NCBI GenBank assembly: GCA_026986785.1
Contig: JALSNW010000022.1
Location: 14,265-78,264 of the forward strand
Source: Deltaproteobacteria bacterium
Lineage (GTDB): Bacteria; Desulfobacterota; Dissulfuribacteria; Dissulfuribacterales; QOAL01
DNA: 64,000 nucleotides
Direction: 5' to 3'
The notes under the pieces are model-generated. The model ran no database searches. It saw only the letters and a list, made by a program, of their open reading frames with translations, and was not told the origin of the DNA. The translations under genes were made by a program, and so were the position numbers. This document shows, piece after piece, positions 9,718-19,886 of this stretch (position 1 is its first letter; every line of letters starts with the position of its first letter).

Positions 9718-10182
9718 ATGCTTAGACCTTGGTTTTCCCTGAGTGATCCTATATGGCAGGATTTTGACAGACTCAACCGGGAAATGGAGAGGATATTCAA
9801 TGAAAATTATTTTACTACTCCTGGTCTTTCAGGAACCAGGGTGCCCATCCCGGCTGTGAACATAGGAGAGACACCGGATAGGGTTCTCATCTATCTTTTT
9901 GCCCCTGGCCTAGACCCAGAAAATATCGATCTCACCATTGAGAAAAATATGTTGACCATTTCTGCAGGCCGCGACACATCCAAAGAGATAGGTGAAGACT
10001 CAAAGGTCAAAGGATATTACAGAAAAGAGCGATTCAGCGGCAAATTCAGAAGGGTGATAGCCTTGCCTGAGGGCTTGGATACGTCCCAGATAGAGGCAAA
10101 GTATTCAAATGGGATACTTAATATCTCTATCAAGAAAAAAGAGGAAGAAAAGGCCAAGAAAATCGAAGTTGCCGTAAGCTAA
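9718..10182 (+). CDS. Hsp20/alpha-crystallin small heat-shock protein
   Basis: 154 aa with an alpha-crystallin domain, including the C-terminal NGILNISIKK strand. Confidence 0.9.
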   Translation: MLRPWFSLSDPIWQDFDRLNREMERIFNENYFTTPGLSGTRVPIPAVNIGETPDRVLIYLFAPGLDPENIDLTIEKNMLTISAGRDTSKEIGEDSKVKGYYRKERFSGKFRRVIALPEGLDTSQIEAKYSNGILNISIKKKEEEKAKKIEVAVS

Positions 10183-10212
10183 AAGTTTGAAATGAAAAGG
10201 AGGTAGATAAAG

Positions 10213-10617
10213 ATGGCAGATGTAAAGGGCAATGAAATGGCAGTCAAGACAGAGACCAGGCCTGCCCAAGAGCAGAAAAGGCAACCTGTCGTAATGACTC
10301 CGCCAGTAGATATATACGAGACAGAAGAAGGGATATTACTCTTGGCAGATATGCCTGGGGTACCAAAGGAAAATCTCGATGTCCACGTGGACAAAAATCT
10401 TCTCACCATCAAGGGTGAAATCGGGGACATAGTCCCGAAAGACATCAGCCCACTCTATGTAGAATTCAATGGTAAGGCGTTTGAAAGGGCCTTTACCCTT
10501 GGACCAGATGTGGATGTATCAAAGATCGAAGCAAGCATGAATGCTGGGGTCTTGAGGATCTTTCTACCCAAGAGTGAAGAGGTGAAACCAAGAAAGATAG
10601 AAGTATCAGTAGAATAA
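10213..10617 (+). CDS. Hsp20/alpha-crystallin small heat-shock protein (second copy)
   Basis: 134 aa with an alpha-crystallin domain (DMPGV...NAGVLRIFLPK). In tandem with the previous gene. Confidence 0.9.
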   Translation: MADVKGNEMAVKTETRPAQEQKRQPVVMTPPVDIYETEEGILLLADMPGVPKENLDVHVDKNLLTIKGEIGDIVPKDISPLYVEFNGKAFERAFTLGPDVDVSKIEASMNAGVLRIFLPKSEEVKPRKIEVSVE

Positions 10618-10680
10618 AAGATATCTGGTTGACGATAATCATTTAGTAACTGGCAATTCCCATGTGAAGGGATTAAATTA

Positions 10681-10711
10681 GGGGAGAACCCCAAGGGGGT
10701 TCCCCTTTTTT
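10681..10711 (+). terminator. rho-independent terminator after the hsp20 pair
   Basis: GC-rich hairpin GGGGAGAACCCC aag GGGGGTTCCCC followed by TTTTTT. Confidence 0.8.
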
Positions 10712-10815
10712 ATTTGTAACGGTTGTACTCTTACCATTCCGGGTTTCGGGCACCTCGTGGTGGAAGGTACTATACTGGACAACAGCAGTGACTTATAGAA
10801 AAGGAGCAGAGAAAT

Positions 10816-12075
10816 ATGGCTGAAACAGGCAGACTTATTGCCGACATGGCAAAAAGGGCAAGGGCTGCTGCCAGAAAGGTGGCCAATTTAAAAACGGATA
10901 TCAAGAACAGGGTACTTCTTTCCACAGCAGAGAGGATCATTGACAACAGGAGCAGGCTCCAGGATGAAAACAAAAAGGACCTGGAAAAAGGCAAGACAAA
11001 GGGGCTTTCTAATGCCTTCTTGGACAGACTCGAATTATCTGACAAGGTGATCGAATCCATGGCCCAGGGGCTGAAGGAGGTTGCCGCCCTCGCTGATCCC
11101 GTAGGTGAAGTAACCAAGATGTGGAAGAGGCCCAACGGATTGATGGTAGGACGGGTCAGGATCCCCCTGGGCGTAATCGGGATGATCTATGAATCAAGAC
11201 CCAATGTCACTATCGATGCTGCAGGGCTCTGTCTAAAGGCAGGCAATGCAGTAATCTTAAAAGGCGGCTCGGATGCCATCAACTCAAATCTCGCCCTTGC
11301 ATCCATATTGCAGGACAGCCTTAAGGAATTTGGCGTACCCCCTGATGCAGTGCAGGTAATCCCCACCACCGACAGGTCTGCCGTAACAGAAATGCTTTCC
11401 AGGGAAGAGGAGATAGATCTTATAATTCCAAGAGGGGGGGAAGGGCTCATAAGGTTTGTTGTGCAAAATTCCCAGATACCAGTGCTCAAGCATTACAAAG
11501 GGGTCTGCCACTGCTATGTTGACAAAGGGGCCGATCTGGATATGGCCAGAAAAATCTGCTTCAACGCAAAAGTACAACGGCCCGGGGTATGCAATGCCAT
11601 GGAAGGTATGTTGGTGCACAAGGACATTTCATCCCAATTCCTTCCCACCATAGGTGAAGAGTTCAAAAATGCAGGTGTTGAAATACGGGGTTGTCCTGAA
11701 ACGACAAGGCTCCTTGATTATGCAAAACCGGCCTCTGAAGATGACTGGGGGCAGGAGTTCCTGGATCTCATCCTTGCCGTAAAGGTAGTAGATTCAATGG
11801 AGGAGGCCCTTGACTATATAGATAGATACGGCTCCAACCACACCGAGGCCATAATCACCAAAGACTACCAGCGGGCCAGGAGGTTCCTGGATGAGGTGGA
11901 TGCGTCCTTGGTGCTCGTAAACGCCTCCACGCGCTTCAATGACGGAGGTCAGCTGGGGCTTGGAGCAGAGATCGGTATCAGCACCTCAAAACTCCATGCA
12001 TATGGGCCCATGGGGCTTGAAGAACTGACGACCACGAAATTCATAGCATTTGGTGACGGACAAATCAGGGAATAG
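10816..12075 (+). CDS. proA: glutamate-5-semialdehyde dehydrogenase (gamma-glutamyl phosphate reductase)
   Basis: 419 aa with full-length ProA-like sequence (aldehyde dehydrogenase fold, catalytic Cys in PGVCNAME). Confidence 0.95.
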   Translation: MAETGRLIADMAKRARAAARKVANLKTDIKNRVLLSTAERIIDNRSRLQDENKKDLEKGKTKGLSNAFLDRLELSDKVIESMAQGLKEVAALADPVGEVTKMWKRPNGLMVGRVRIPLGVIGMIYESRPNVTIDAAGLCLKAGNAVILKGGSDAINSNLALASILQDSLKEFGVPPDAVQVIPTTDRSAVTEMLSREEEIDLIIPRGGEGLIRFVVQNSQIPVLKHYKGVCHCYVDKGADLDMARKICFNAKVQRPGVCNAMEGMLVHKDISSQFLPTIGEEFKNAGVEIRGCPETTRLLDYAKPASEDDWGQEFLDLILAVKVVDSMEEALDYIDRYGSNHTEAIITKDYQRARRFLDEVDASLVLVNASTRFNDGGQLGLGAEIGISTSKLHAYGPMGLEELTTTKFIAFGDGQIRE

Positions 12076-13132
12076 AAAGAAGAGGATCGGGCTATTCGGT
12101 GGCACCCTTGATCCTATACACTTGGGCCATCTGAGGGCTGCGGAAGAGGTCCGTGAATGGCTGTGTCTTGATGAAATCTGGTTCATGCCGGCGTTCAGGC
12201 CCCCCCATAAGGATACCAATACCCTGACCTCATTCCATCATAGGCTGAAGATGGTGGAGCTTGCCGTGGAAGATGTAGATAGCTTCAAGGCAAGTGATAT
12301 AGAAGGAAAGAGGCCAGGCCCATCGTATTCAGTAGATACCCTGACAGATATCAGAAAGGCCAAGGGACAGCACCTGGACCTGTTTTTCATTGTGGGCAGC
12401 GACGCATTCCTTGAGATAGATACATGGAAGGAATATGCCAGGCTACCCCTGCTTGCAGAACTTGTCGTCATCACCAGACCACCTTGTGAAATGGGAGACC
12501 TCGAAGATGGACTAAAGAGGCTATTTCCAGAATACCAAAAGGACCCTGGGGGCAAAGGGCTCTTTGTCTCCGCTGCTGGAGGCAGGATCAGGCTGGTAAG
12601 GACGACCTGGATAGAAATCTCTTCTACAGACATAAGAAAAAGGGCAAGGACAGGACTTTCCGTCAGGTTTCTCGTGCCCGAAAAGGTAAGGAGGTATATG
12701 GCTACAAACAATCTATACATTTCCATCAAAAGTGAAGGCCTACTCGACGCCCAGGCCGATCCGGCCCTGGAAATCGTAAAGAAGATCTTTGCACAGATCC
12801 GTAACAACAAGGGGGAAGACATATGTATCCTTGACATGCGGGGTATCTCTCCCGTGGCCGATTTTTTCATCATTGCCCAAGGCCGTTCCACCAGACACGT
12901 CCAAGGTATGGCCAGTAAGATGAGAAGAGATCTCAGCAGACTCAAGATCAAATGCCGAAACATAGAGGGCGCAGACGAAGGCAAGTGGGTTCTTCTCGAT
13001 TTTGATGATATAATTGTTCATCTATTCTATGAACCTGTACGTTCGTTTTACGACCTGGAAGGTCTATGGGCAGAGGCGCCAAGGCTTTCCCTGGAAGAAA
13101 ATATCCAGGCCCTGGAGGAAATAAATGGCTGA
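12050..13132 (+). CDS. nadD-rsfS: nicotinate-nucleotide adenylyltransferase fused in frame to ribosome silencing factor
   Basis: Single 360-aa ORF. Residues 1 to about 225 are NadD ([12 protein letters not shown] motif; typical C-terminal [15 protein letters not shown]). Residues from about 235 to 360 are RsfS/iojap ([19 protein letters not shown]...[14 protein letters not shown]). No stop codon lies between them. Confidence 0.85.
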   Translation: MVTDKSGNRKKRIGLFGGTLDPIHLGHLRAAEEVREWLCLDEIWFMPAFRPPHKDTNTLTSFHHRLKMVELAVEDVDSFKASDIEGKRPGPSYSVDTLTDIRKAKGQHLDLFFIVGSDAFLEIDTWKEYARLPLLAELVVITRPPCEMGDLEDGLKRLFPEYQKDPGGKGLFVSAAGGRIRLVRTTWIEISSTDIRKRARTGLSVRFLVPEKVRRYMATNNLYISIKSEGLLDAQADPALEIVKKIFAQIRNNKGEDICILDMRGISPVADFFIIAQGRSTRHVQGMASKMRRDLSRLKIKCRNIEGADEGKWVLLDFDDIIVHLFYEPVRSFYDLEGLWAEAPRLSLEENIQALEEING

Positions 13133-14699
13133 GAATGCGCAAAAGATCAGGCCTGTAATGCTTGTCATAATGGATGGTTGTGGCTGGAGAGAGGAGACAG
13201 ACGGGAATGCCTTCCGGCTCGCCAACACGCCCAACCTTGACAAATACAAGGAACAATATCCCTTTACCCTGCTCAAGGCCTCTGGAGAGGCAGTAGGACT
13301 ACCCCCTGGCCAGATGGGCAATTCCGAGGTTGGCCACCTCAATCTGGGGGCAGGAAGGATCGTATATCAGGAACTCACAAGGATCAACATGGCCATAGAA
13401 GACGGGTCTTTCTTTGAAAATCACGTATTACAGTCGGCTATGAAACTCGTGAAAGACACACCTGGGGCAAGACTCCACCTCTTGGGCCTAGTATCTGATG
13501 GTGGCGTGCATAGTCAGATGGAACACCTGTTCGCCCTGCTGAAGATGGCAAAATTTTACTCCATAGGAGACCGCACATGTGTTCATGCCTTCATGGACGG
13601 CAGAGATACCCCTCCTAAAAGCGGCGTAGAGCACCTCGAAAGGCTCATGAAAGAGATAGACGGTCTTGACTCGGGCACCATTGCCACTGTATGCGGGCGA
13701 TACTATGCCATGGACAGGGACAAGAGATGGGATAGGGTGGAGCGAGCCTACAACATGCTCGTCAGGGGTGTGGGTCACCTCGAAAAGGACCCAATACATG
13801 CAGTAATACATGCGTACGAACGCGGAGAGACCGATGAATTCATCACCCCTACCCTCATTGAGAATGATATTTGCGAAATAATCCCCAACGAATGCGGGCC
13901 ACTGAAAGATGGCGATGCAGTCATCTTCTTCAATTTCAGGGCTGACAGGGCAAGACAACTTACAAGGGCCCTGACTGAAGAGGGCTTTTCCTTTTTTGAC
14001 GTAAACGACAGGCCCCGACTGGCCACCTATGTCACTATGACCCGTTACGACGAGACTTTTGATCTACCTGTGGCATTTCCCCCAGTCCATCTCAAGAATA
14101 TACTTGGCGAGGTTGTGAGCAAGGCTGGTCTGAAACAGCTCAGGATATCCGAGACGGAGAAATACGCCCATGTCACCTATTTCTTCAATGGAGGAGAGGA
14201 AAAGCCCTTTCCTCTCGAGGATAGAATACTCATCCCGTCTCCCAAGGATGTCCCAACCTATGACCTCAAGCCCGAGATGAGTGCCCGAAAGATAGCCACT
14301 GCCCTTGTGGATGCCATCGAAAAGGATCAATATTCCCTCATAGTGGTAAACTTTGCCAATGGAGACATGGTGGGACACACAGGGGTCCTTGAGGCAGCCA
14401 TAAAGGCCTGTGAAGTGGTTGACGAATGTGTTGGCCTGGTCACGGAAAGATTCAAGGCCCATGAAGGTGCAATCATCGTCACGGCCGATCACGGCAATGC
14501 AGAGGTGATGAAACTGCCAGACGGCAGTCCAGCCACTGCCCATACCACCAACAAGGTACCATGCTATCTCGTGGACGACAGGCGCCTGAATGTGCTTATG
14601 CATCAAGGCATACTGGCAGATATCGCCCCTACCATACTTTCCATTATGGGTCTTCCAAAGCCTAAAGAGATGACTGGCAAGGTGCTTTTCAAACAGTAA
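13125..14699 (+). CDS. gpmI: 2,3-bisphosphoglycerate-independent phosphoglycerate mutase
   Basis: 524 aa. N-terminal VIMDGCGWRE, the catalytic-Ser motif MGNSEVGH, and C-terminal ADHGNAE. Confidence 0.95.
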   Translation: MAENAQKIRPVMLVIMDGCGWREETDGNAFRLANTPNLDKYKEQYPFTLLKASGEAVGLPPGQMGNSEVGHLNLGAGRIVYQELTRINMAIEDGSFFENHVLQSAMKLVKDTPGARLHLLGLVSDGGVHSQMEHLFALLKMAKFYSIGDRTCVHAFMDGRDTPPKSGVEHLERLMKEIDGLDSGTIATVCGRYYAMDRDKRWDRVERAYNMLVRGVGHLEKDPIHAVIHAYERGETDEFITPTLIENDICEIIPNECGPLKDGDAVIFFNFRADRARQLTRALTEEGFSFFDVNDRPRLATYVTMTRYDETFDLPVAFPPVHLKNILGEVVSKAGLKQLRISETEKYAHVTYFFNGGEEKPFPLEDRILIPSPKDVPTYDLKPEMSARKIATALVDAIEKDQYSLIVVNFANGDMVGHTGVLEAAIKACEVVDECVGLVTERFKAHEGAIIVTADHGNAEVMKLPDGSPATAHTTNKVPCYLVDDRRLNVLMHQGILADIAPTILSIMGLPKPKEMTGKVLFKQ

Positions 14700-15760
14700 T
14701 GGGATCACAAGCGCTTTGTGAATTGCGGGGAGCAAGTAGATACTACAAGGTCAGAAAGGGCTTTTTTTCCAGTGAAGTTCGCATACTTAAGGCATTGGAC
14801 AAAGTAGACCTCGAACTGAAAAAGGGTGAAATCCTCGGTCTGGTCGGAGAGAGTGGATGTGGAAAATCCACACTCGCCCGTCTGGTACTCGGCCTGGAAA
14901 GGCCGACCAAAGGCGAGGTCCTTTTTGAGGGCCGTCCAATCCCATTTGGTAACAATGAGCAGATAAGGGCATTTAGAAGAAGGGTACAGATGGTCTTTCA
15001 GGACCCGTTTTCATCTCTAAATCCAAAAAAAACCATATTCCAAACCATCAGTCAGCCCCTCAAGATCCACAAGCTCGTTGGCAAAGACGAGATTAGACGC
15101 GAGGTGCGAAAACTGCTCAAGATAAGTGGCCTTGACACACCAGGTATAGAAGATCGTTACCCCCATGAATTCAGTGGCGGACAGAGACAACGTATATGCA
15201 TAGCAAGGGCTCTTGCCACCAGACCCGATGTGATTGTAGCAGATGAGCCTACCTCGGCCCTGGATGTCTCGGTGCAGGCACAGATCATCAACCTACTTCT
15301 CGATCTTCATGAATCAAAAGGGATTTCATGCCTTTTCATCTCACATGACCTTCCCTTGGTAGGCTTCATCAGTCACAGGATAGCCGTCATGTACAAGGGA
15401 AACCTCTTGGAGATCATGCCCAAAAGGGCTTTTGATCTTGGCAACACGGATCCACCAAAGAGGACCTATCCTCATCACCCATATACAGAATACCTTCTGG
15501 ATTCGGTACCAATACCAGACCCACATCTGTATCAGGAACAAGGCCCGCCTTCCTGGCTCAGACCGAAGACCCCAGAGACAGAATGGCAAAAAGGGCTTGA
15601 AAACGGGTGTGTCTTTGCCTCCAGATGCCCTTTGATCCAGCAAAAATGTGTGGACTCAAGACCTGCATTTACAGAACTGGACAAGAACCACTTCATTGCC
15701 TGCCATAGAATAGAGGCATTGATGGGAAAAGGAGTCGATAAAGAAGATGAAATTCGATAG
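14699..15760 (+). CDS. orphan OppF/DppF-type ABC transporter ATP-binding protein
   Basis: Walker A GESGCGKST, signature FSGGQRQR, Walker B VIVADEPTSALD. Cys-rich C-terminal extension of oligopeptide/dipeptide type. No permease or binding-protein gene is nearby. Confidence 0.85.
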   Translation: MGSQALCELRGASRYYKVRKGFFSSEVRILKALDKVDLELKKGEILGLVGESGCGKSTLARLVLGLERPTKGEVLFEGRPIPFGNNEQIRAFRRRVQMVFQDPFSSLNPKKTIFQTISQPLKIHKLVGKDEIRREVRKLLKISGLDTPGIEDRYPHEFSGGQRQRICIARALATRPDVIVADEPTSALDVSVQAQIINLLLDLHESKGISCLFISHDLPLVGFISHRIAVMYKGNLLEIMPKRAFDLGNTDPPKRTYPHHPYTEYLLDSVPIPDPHLYQEQGPPSWLRPKTPETEWQKGLENGCVFASRCPLIQQKCVDSRPAFTELDKNHFIACHRIEALMGKGVDKEDEIR

Positions 15761-18146
15761 CTCTGTCACAGATCTCTTTGATCTCGAGATACCAGAACAT
15801 TATGAGATACCCGAGGTCTTGCCATTAATGGCACTACGGGATGTAATAGTCTTTCCATCCATGGTAATCCCCTTGTTTGTAGGCAGGGAATCGTCGGTTG
15901 CAGCAGTAAACGAGGCACTTACCAACGATAGACTTTTACTTCTGGCTGCCCAAAAGGATGCCCGCATAGACACCCCCGCCCCTGAAGATCTCTATGCCAC
16001 AGGGGTAATTGCAGCTGTCATGAGGACACTGCAGCTACCTGATGGCAGGCTCAAGATCCTGACCCAGGCCCTGCTCAAGGGAAAAATCCTCGATTTTGTC
16101 CAAAGCCGCCCCTTTTTCCAGGTAAAGGTGGAGCCTCTCGAGGACAAAGTAGTCAAACCCTCTGTAGAGATAGAGGCACTCATGCGGCACGTCAAGGAAC
16201 AGGCAGAAAAACTATTCAACCTGAAAAACATCTATACCCCTGAATTAGGCTCGGTCCTCAGTACCGTGAGCGAACCTGGAAGGCTTGGAGATATCGTTGG
16301 CTCCAATCTCAAGCTTCGACCAGACGAGGCCCAGACCCTACTGGAGATGCGAGACCCGGTGGGTAGGCTGAAAAAGATCTCGAAATTGCTTACCAGGGAG
16401 ATAGAGGTGTCTTCGGTCCAGGCCAAAATCCAGTCCGAGGCCAGAGAGGAGATGGGCAGAACCCAACGGGACATATTCCTGAGGGAACAATTGAGGGCCA
16501 TACAGAAGGAACTGGGAGAGATAGATGAGCGTCAAAAGGAGGTAGACGAATACAGGGAAAAGATCTTGGAGGCTGAGATGCCAGAGATGGCAGAAAAAGA
16601 GGCCTTGAAGCAGCTCAAGAGGCTGGAATTTATGCATCCAGACTCCTCTGAAGCTGCAATCGTCCGCACGTATCTGGACTGGTTGGTGGAACTGCCCTGG
16701 TCTATTACCTCAAGGGACAAACTCAACATCAAAAGGGCACGGAAAATCCTCGATGAAGACCATTACGACCTGGAAAAGATCAAAGAACGCATTATCGAAT
16801 ACATTGCGGTAAGGAAGTTGAACAGGGCAGTAAAAGGTCCCATCTTGTGCTTCGTAGGGCCTCCAGGTGTAGGCAAGACCTCCCTTGGCAAATCCATAGC
16901 CCGAACACTTGGCAGGGAATTTGTAAGGATCTCACTCGGGGGTGTCCGAGACGAGGCAGAAATCAGAGGACACCGACGTACATACGTAGGGGCCATGCCT
17001 GGCAGGATCATCCAGGGCCTCAAGAGAGCTGGCACCAATAACCCTGTATTCATGATGGACGAGGTCGACAAGATCGGGACGGATTTCAGGGGAGATCCTG
17101 CTGCTGCCCTCCTGGAGGTATTAGACCCTGAACAGAACAGCGCCTTTTCCGATCACTACCTCGAGATCCCCTTCGATCTGTCAAGGGTGTTATTCATCCT
17201 CACTGCCAATGTATTGGATACCATCCCTTCGGCACTCCTTGACAGACTCGAGGTACTGCGTCTTTCCGGATATACCAGTGAGGAGAAAAGGGCAATTGCA
17301 AGAAAGTACCTCATCCCAAGACAGATCAAGGAAAACGGCCTCAAGCAGGGACAGATCGAGATATCAGGCAAGGCCCTCGATCTCATAATATCAGAATATA
17401 CCGAGGAGGCAGGACTACGGGAATTGGAAAGGCAGATCGGGGCCCTTTGCCGGAAAACAGCATGCAAGGTAGCGGAAGGCGAAAAGGGGCCTTTCAGGAT
17501 CAGCGTTGGCAATCTACACAAATACCTTGGCCCGCCCAAATTCATATCGGATTTCATCAAGGAAGAGAGCCAAGTAGGCGTAGCCACTGGACTGGCCTGG
17601 ACAGCCTATGGGGGAGAGGTTATGCGTATAGAGGTACAGGCCATGGCTGGCAAGGGTAACCTGACCCTGACCGGCCTACTTGGGGATGTAATGAAGGAAT
17701 CAGCCCAGGCAGCCCTGAGCTGGACAAGGGCGAGGGCTGAACAACTCGATATCGACCCGAAAATCTTTGACGAAACGGACATACACATACACGTGCCTTC
17801 GGGTGCCATCCCAAAGGATGGCCCTTCGGCAGGGATCACCATGACTGCTGCCCTTGTCTCTGCCTTTCTCAAGAGGCCTATCGACAAGGATTATGCCATG
17901 ACAGGGGAGATCACCCTTACAGGTAGGGTTTTGCCCATTGGCGGTCTTAAGGAGAAGGCCATTGCTGCCCTTAGAGAGGGTATCCCCTATGTGATCATCC
18001 CAGAGAAAAATGAGAAAGACCTCGATGAAATCCCTGACAAGATCAGGAAGAAATTGGATTTCCTGCCTGTCCGAAACATGGACCAGGTACTCGAATTGGT
18101 GTTAGAAGAGAAAAAAGGCAAATGCACCAGAAGGAAGAAAACGTAA
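15747..18146 (+). CDS. lon: ATP-dependent endopeptidase La (Lon protease)
   Basis: 799 aa. LON N-domain, AAA+ Walker A GPPGVGKTS, and protease-domain catalytic Ser motif PKDGPSAG. Confidence 0.97.
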   Translation: MKFDSSVTDLFDLEIPEHYEIPEVLPLMALRDVIVFPSMVIPLFVGRESSVAAVNEALTNDRLLLLAAQKDARIDTPAPEDLYATGVIAAVMRTLQLPDGRLKILTQALLKGKILDFVQSRPFFQVKVEPLEDKVVKPSVEIEALMRHVKEQAEKLFNLKNIYTPELGSVLSTVSEPGRLGDIVGSNLKLRPDEAQTLLEMRDPVGRLKKISKLLTREIEVSSVQAKIQSEAREEMGRTQRDIFLREQLRAIQKELGEIDERQKEVDEYREKILEAEMPEMAEKEALKQLKRLEFMHPDSSEAAIVRTYLDWLVELPWSITSRDKLNIKRARKILDEDHYDLEKIKERIIEYIAVRKLNRAVKGPILCFVGPPGVGKTSLGKSIARTLGREFVRISLGGVRDEAEIRGHRRTYVGAMPGRIIQGLKRAGTNNPVFMMDEVDKIGTDFRGDPAAALLEVLDPEQNSAFSDHYLEIPFDLSRVLFILTANVLDTIPSALLDRLEVLRLSGYTSEEKRAIARKYLIPRQIKENGLKQGQIEISGKALDLIISEYTEEAGLRELERQIGALCRKTACKVAEGEKGPFRISVGNLHKYLGPPKFISDFIKEESQVGVATGLAWTAYGGEVMRIEVQAMAGKGNLTLTGLLGDVMKESAQAALSWTRARAEQLDIDPKIFDETDIHIHVPSGAIPKDGPSAGITMTAALVSAFLKRPIDKDYAMTGEITLTGRVLPIGGLKEKAIAALREGIPYVIIPEKNEKDLDEIPDKIRKKLDFLPVRNMDQVLELVLEEKKGKCTRRKKT

Positions 18147-19306
18147 TGAAACATACAAGGATAAATCGGGACCGACTGGCAGATACCTTTTTAAACCTGG
18201 TTAGGATAGATAGCCCTTCGAGACATGAGGGCCGAGTTGCCAAATGGCTGAAGGATTGGTTCAAGGACTTTCCAGGTGCTGTGGTCACAGAGGATGGATC
18301 AGCCATTGAGACCGGTTCTGACACAGGTAACCTGGTGATCCGCCTGAAAGGCAACCAGGAGAAACCGCCTCTTTTCTTCAACGCCCACATGGATACCGTT
18401 GAGCCGGGGAGAGGAATAAAACCTGTCTTTGATGGCAGTGTGTTCAAAAGCGATGGGGCAACAGTCCTTGGTGGTGATGACAAGGCAGCAATAGCCATAT
18501 TACTGGAGGCTGTAAATTGCCTCCAGGAAAACAAGTTGAACTTTGGGCCAATAGAGCTGGTCTTTACCACCTGTGAAGAAATCGGGCTATTGGGGGCAAA
18601 GGCCCTGGACACCTCCATTTTGCTCTCGAAGGCAGGTTTTGCCCTTGATTCCACTGATCCTGATGCTGTTATAAACAGGGCTCCCGCAGCCATCAGGTTC
18701 AATATAGAGGTACATGGCCTTTCCGCCCATGCAGGAATAAATCCAGACAAGGGCATAAATGCCATAAAAATAGCTGCCGAGGCCATCACGAAGGCTCCTC
18801 AAGGGAGAATTGATGAAGATACCACCTGCAATATCGGTTTGATCAAGGGAGGAACTGCCACCAACATCATACCAGCCTTGGTGGAGGTAGAAGGAGAGGT
18901 AAGAAGCCACGAAGCCAGCATGCTAAGGAAGATCCAGGATGAGATCATTGGCTGTTTCCATCAGGCTGTTGAAAACTACCATGGCCACACTGAAGATATC
19001 CCAAAGGCCAAGGCGCCCTTTATCAATAGTGCCATCAGGGATGATTATCCACTGATGAGTGTACCCGAAGGCCATCCCATTGTGACCACTGTGCTTCAGG
19101 CAGGAAAGGGTATGGGACGAAATCTCTATCTCAAGAAGACCGGGGGGGGGAGCGATGCAAATATCTTCAATCAGAAGGGGCTGACCACGGTCATACTGGG
19201 AATCGGCATGCAAAAGGTCCACACCACAGCTGAATTCATCAGGCTTTCGGACATGGTGGCCTCCTGCCATCTGGTACTCGAGATTATAAAGTACTGGAGG
19301 GGATAG
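18146..19306 (+). CDS. M20/M25/M40 family metallopeptidase (peptidase T-like)
   Basis: Start placed at the ATG sharing one base with the lon stop (TAATG). HMDTV, GGDDKAA and CEEIG metal-ligand blocks are typical of M20 peptidases. Confidence 0.85.
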   Translation: MKHTRINRDRLADTFLNLVRIDSPSRHEGRVAKWLKDWFKDFPGAVVTEDGSAIETGSDTGNLVIRLKGNQEKPPLFFNAHMDTVEPGRGIKPVFDGSVFKSDGATVLGGDDKAAIAILLEAVNCLQENKLNFGPIELVFTTCEEIGLLGAKALDTSILLSKAGFALDSTDPDAVINRAPAAIRFNIEVHGLSAHAGINPDKGINAIKIAAEAITKAPQGRIDEDTTCNIGLIKGGTATNIIPALVEVEGEVRSHEASMLRKIQDEIIGCFHQAVENYHGHTEDIPKAKAPFINSAIRDDYPLMSVPEGHPIVTTVLQAGKGMGRNLYLKKTGGGSDANIFNQKGLTTVILGIGMQKVHTTAEFIRLSDMVASCHLVLEIIKYWRG

Positions 19307-19339
19307 AGACGAAAAAACAGACTTGATCAATCAGTTCTT

Positions 19340-19372
19340 GGGCCCCTGGAGGCAAAGCTTATCCAGGGGCCC
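19340..19372. terminator. hairpin terminator between convergent genes
   Basis: GGGCCCCTGG / CCAGGGGCCC 10-bp stem with a 13-nt loop, followed by TTTGTT on the + strand. It lies between the M20 gene (+) and the cytochrome c gene (-). Confidence 0.7.
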
Positions 19373-19455
19373 TTTGTTGGGATCGGACTTTACTATCCAT
19401 CCGGATTTATGCAGCCTGCAGACCTGCCAAATACAAATAAGTGCATAATTCGGGA

Positions 19456-19866
19456 TTAATGCTTGCCTGGTGCAAGGGGCTTCCCAGCCCTTTCATAGGT
19501 AATATACGCCTCTAAGGCGATCATCTTTGGATCGTCGAACTTTAGAGGCTCGCCCTCAAGGGGGTTTTGTATACACCAATTTATCATATCCCTCAGTGCT
19601 ACGACCTTTCCCAACTGTTTCTGGAACTTCGGGTAGGTCTCAGGATGGGTATTGGTTGCATTGGGATGGCACATATCACACGACACGGTATTTGTCCCGA
19701 GTTTACTACTATGAAACAGGACATCGCCCTCTTTAACAACAGACATGAACTGCTTGTTCCACTTCTTCAGGTCCTCTTTGGTAAACTCGTCAGCAAAGAG
19801 GGAAGCCGACGCAACAAGAGAACAAAACAAAACCAGTGCGATTATATTTCTCAGATTTCTTGCCAT
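19456..19866 (-). CDS. periplasmic monohaem c-type cytochrome
   Basis: 136 aa. Signal peptide, a single CXXCH (CDMCH), and a C-terminal block MINWCIQNPLEG...ALEAYI reminiscent of SoxA/SoxX-type cytochromes. Confidence 0.8.
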   Translation of the reverse strand: MARNLRNIIALVLFCSLVASASLFADEFTKEDLKKWNKQFMSVVKEGDVLFHSSKLGTNTVSCDMCHPNATNTHPETYPKFQKQLGKVVALRDMINWCIQNPLEGEPLKFDDPKMIALEAYITYERAGKPLAPGKH

Positions 19867-19886
19867 TGTATTTCTCTCCTTGTTTT

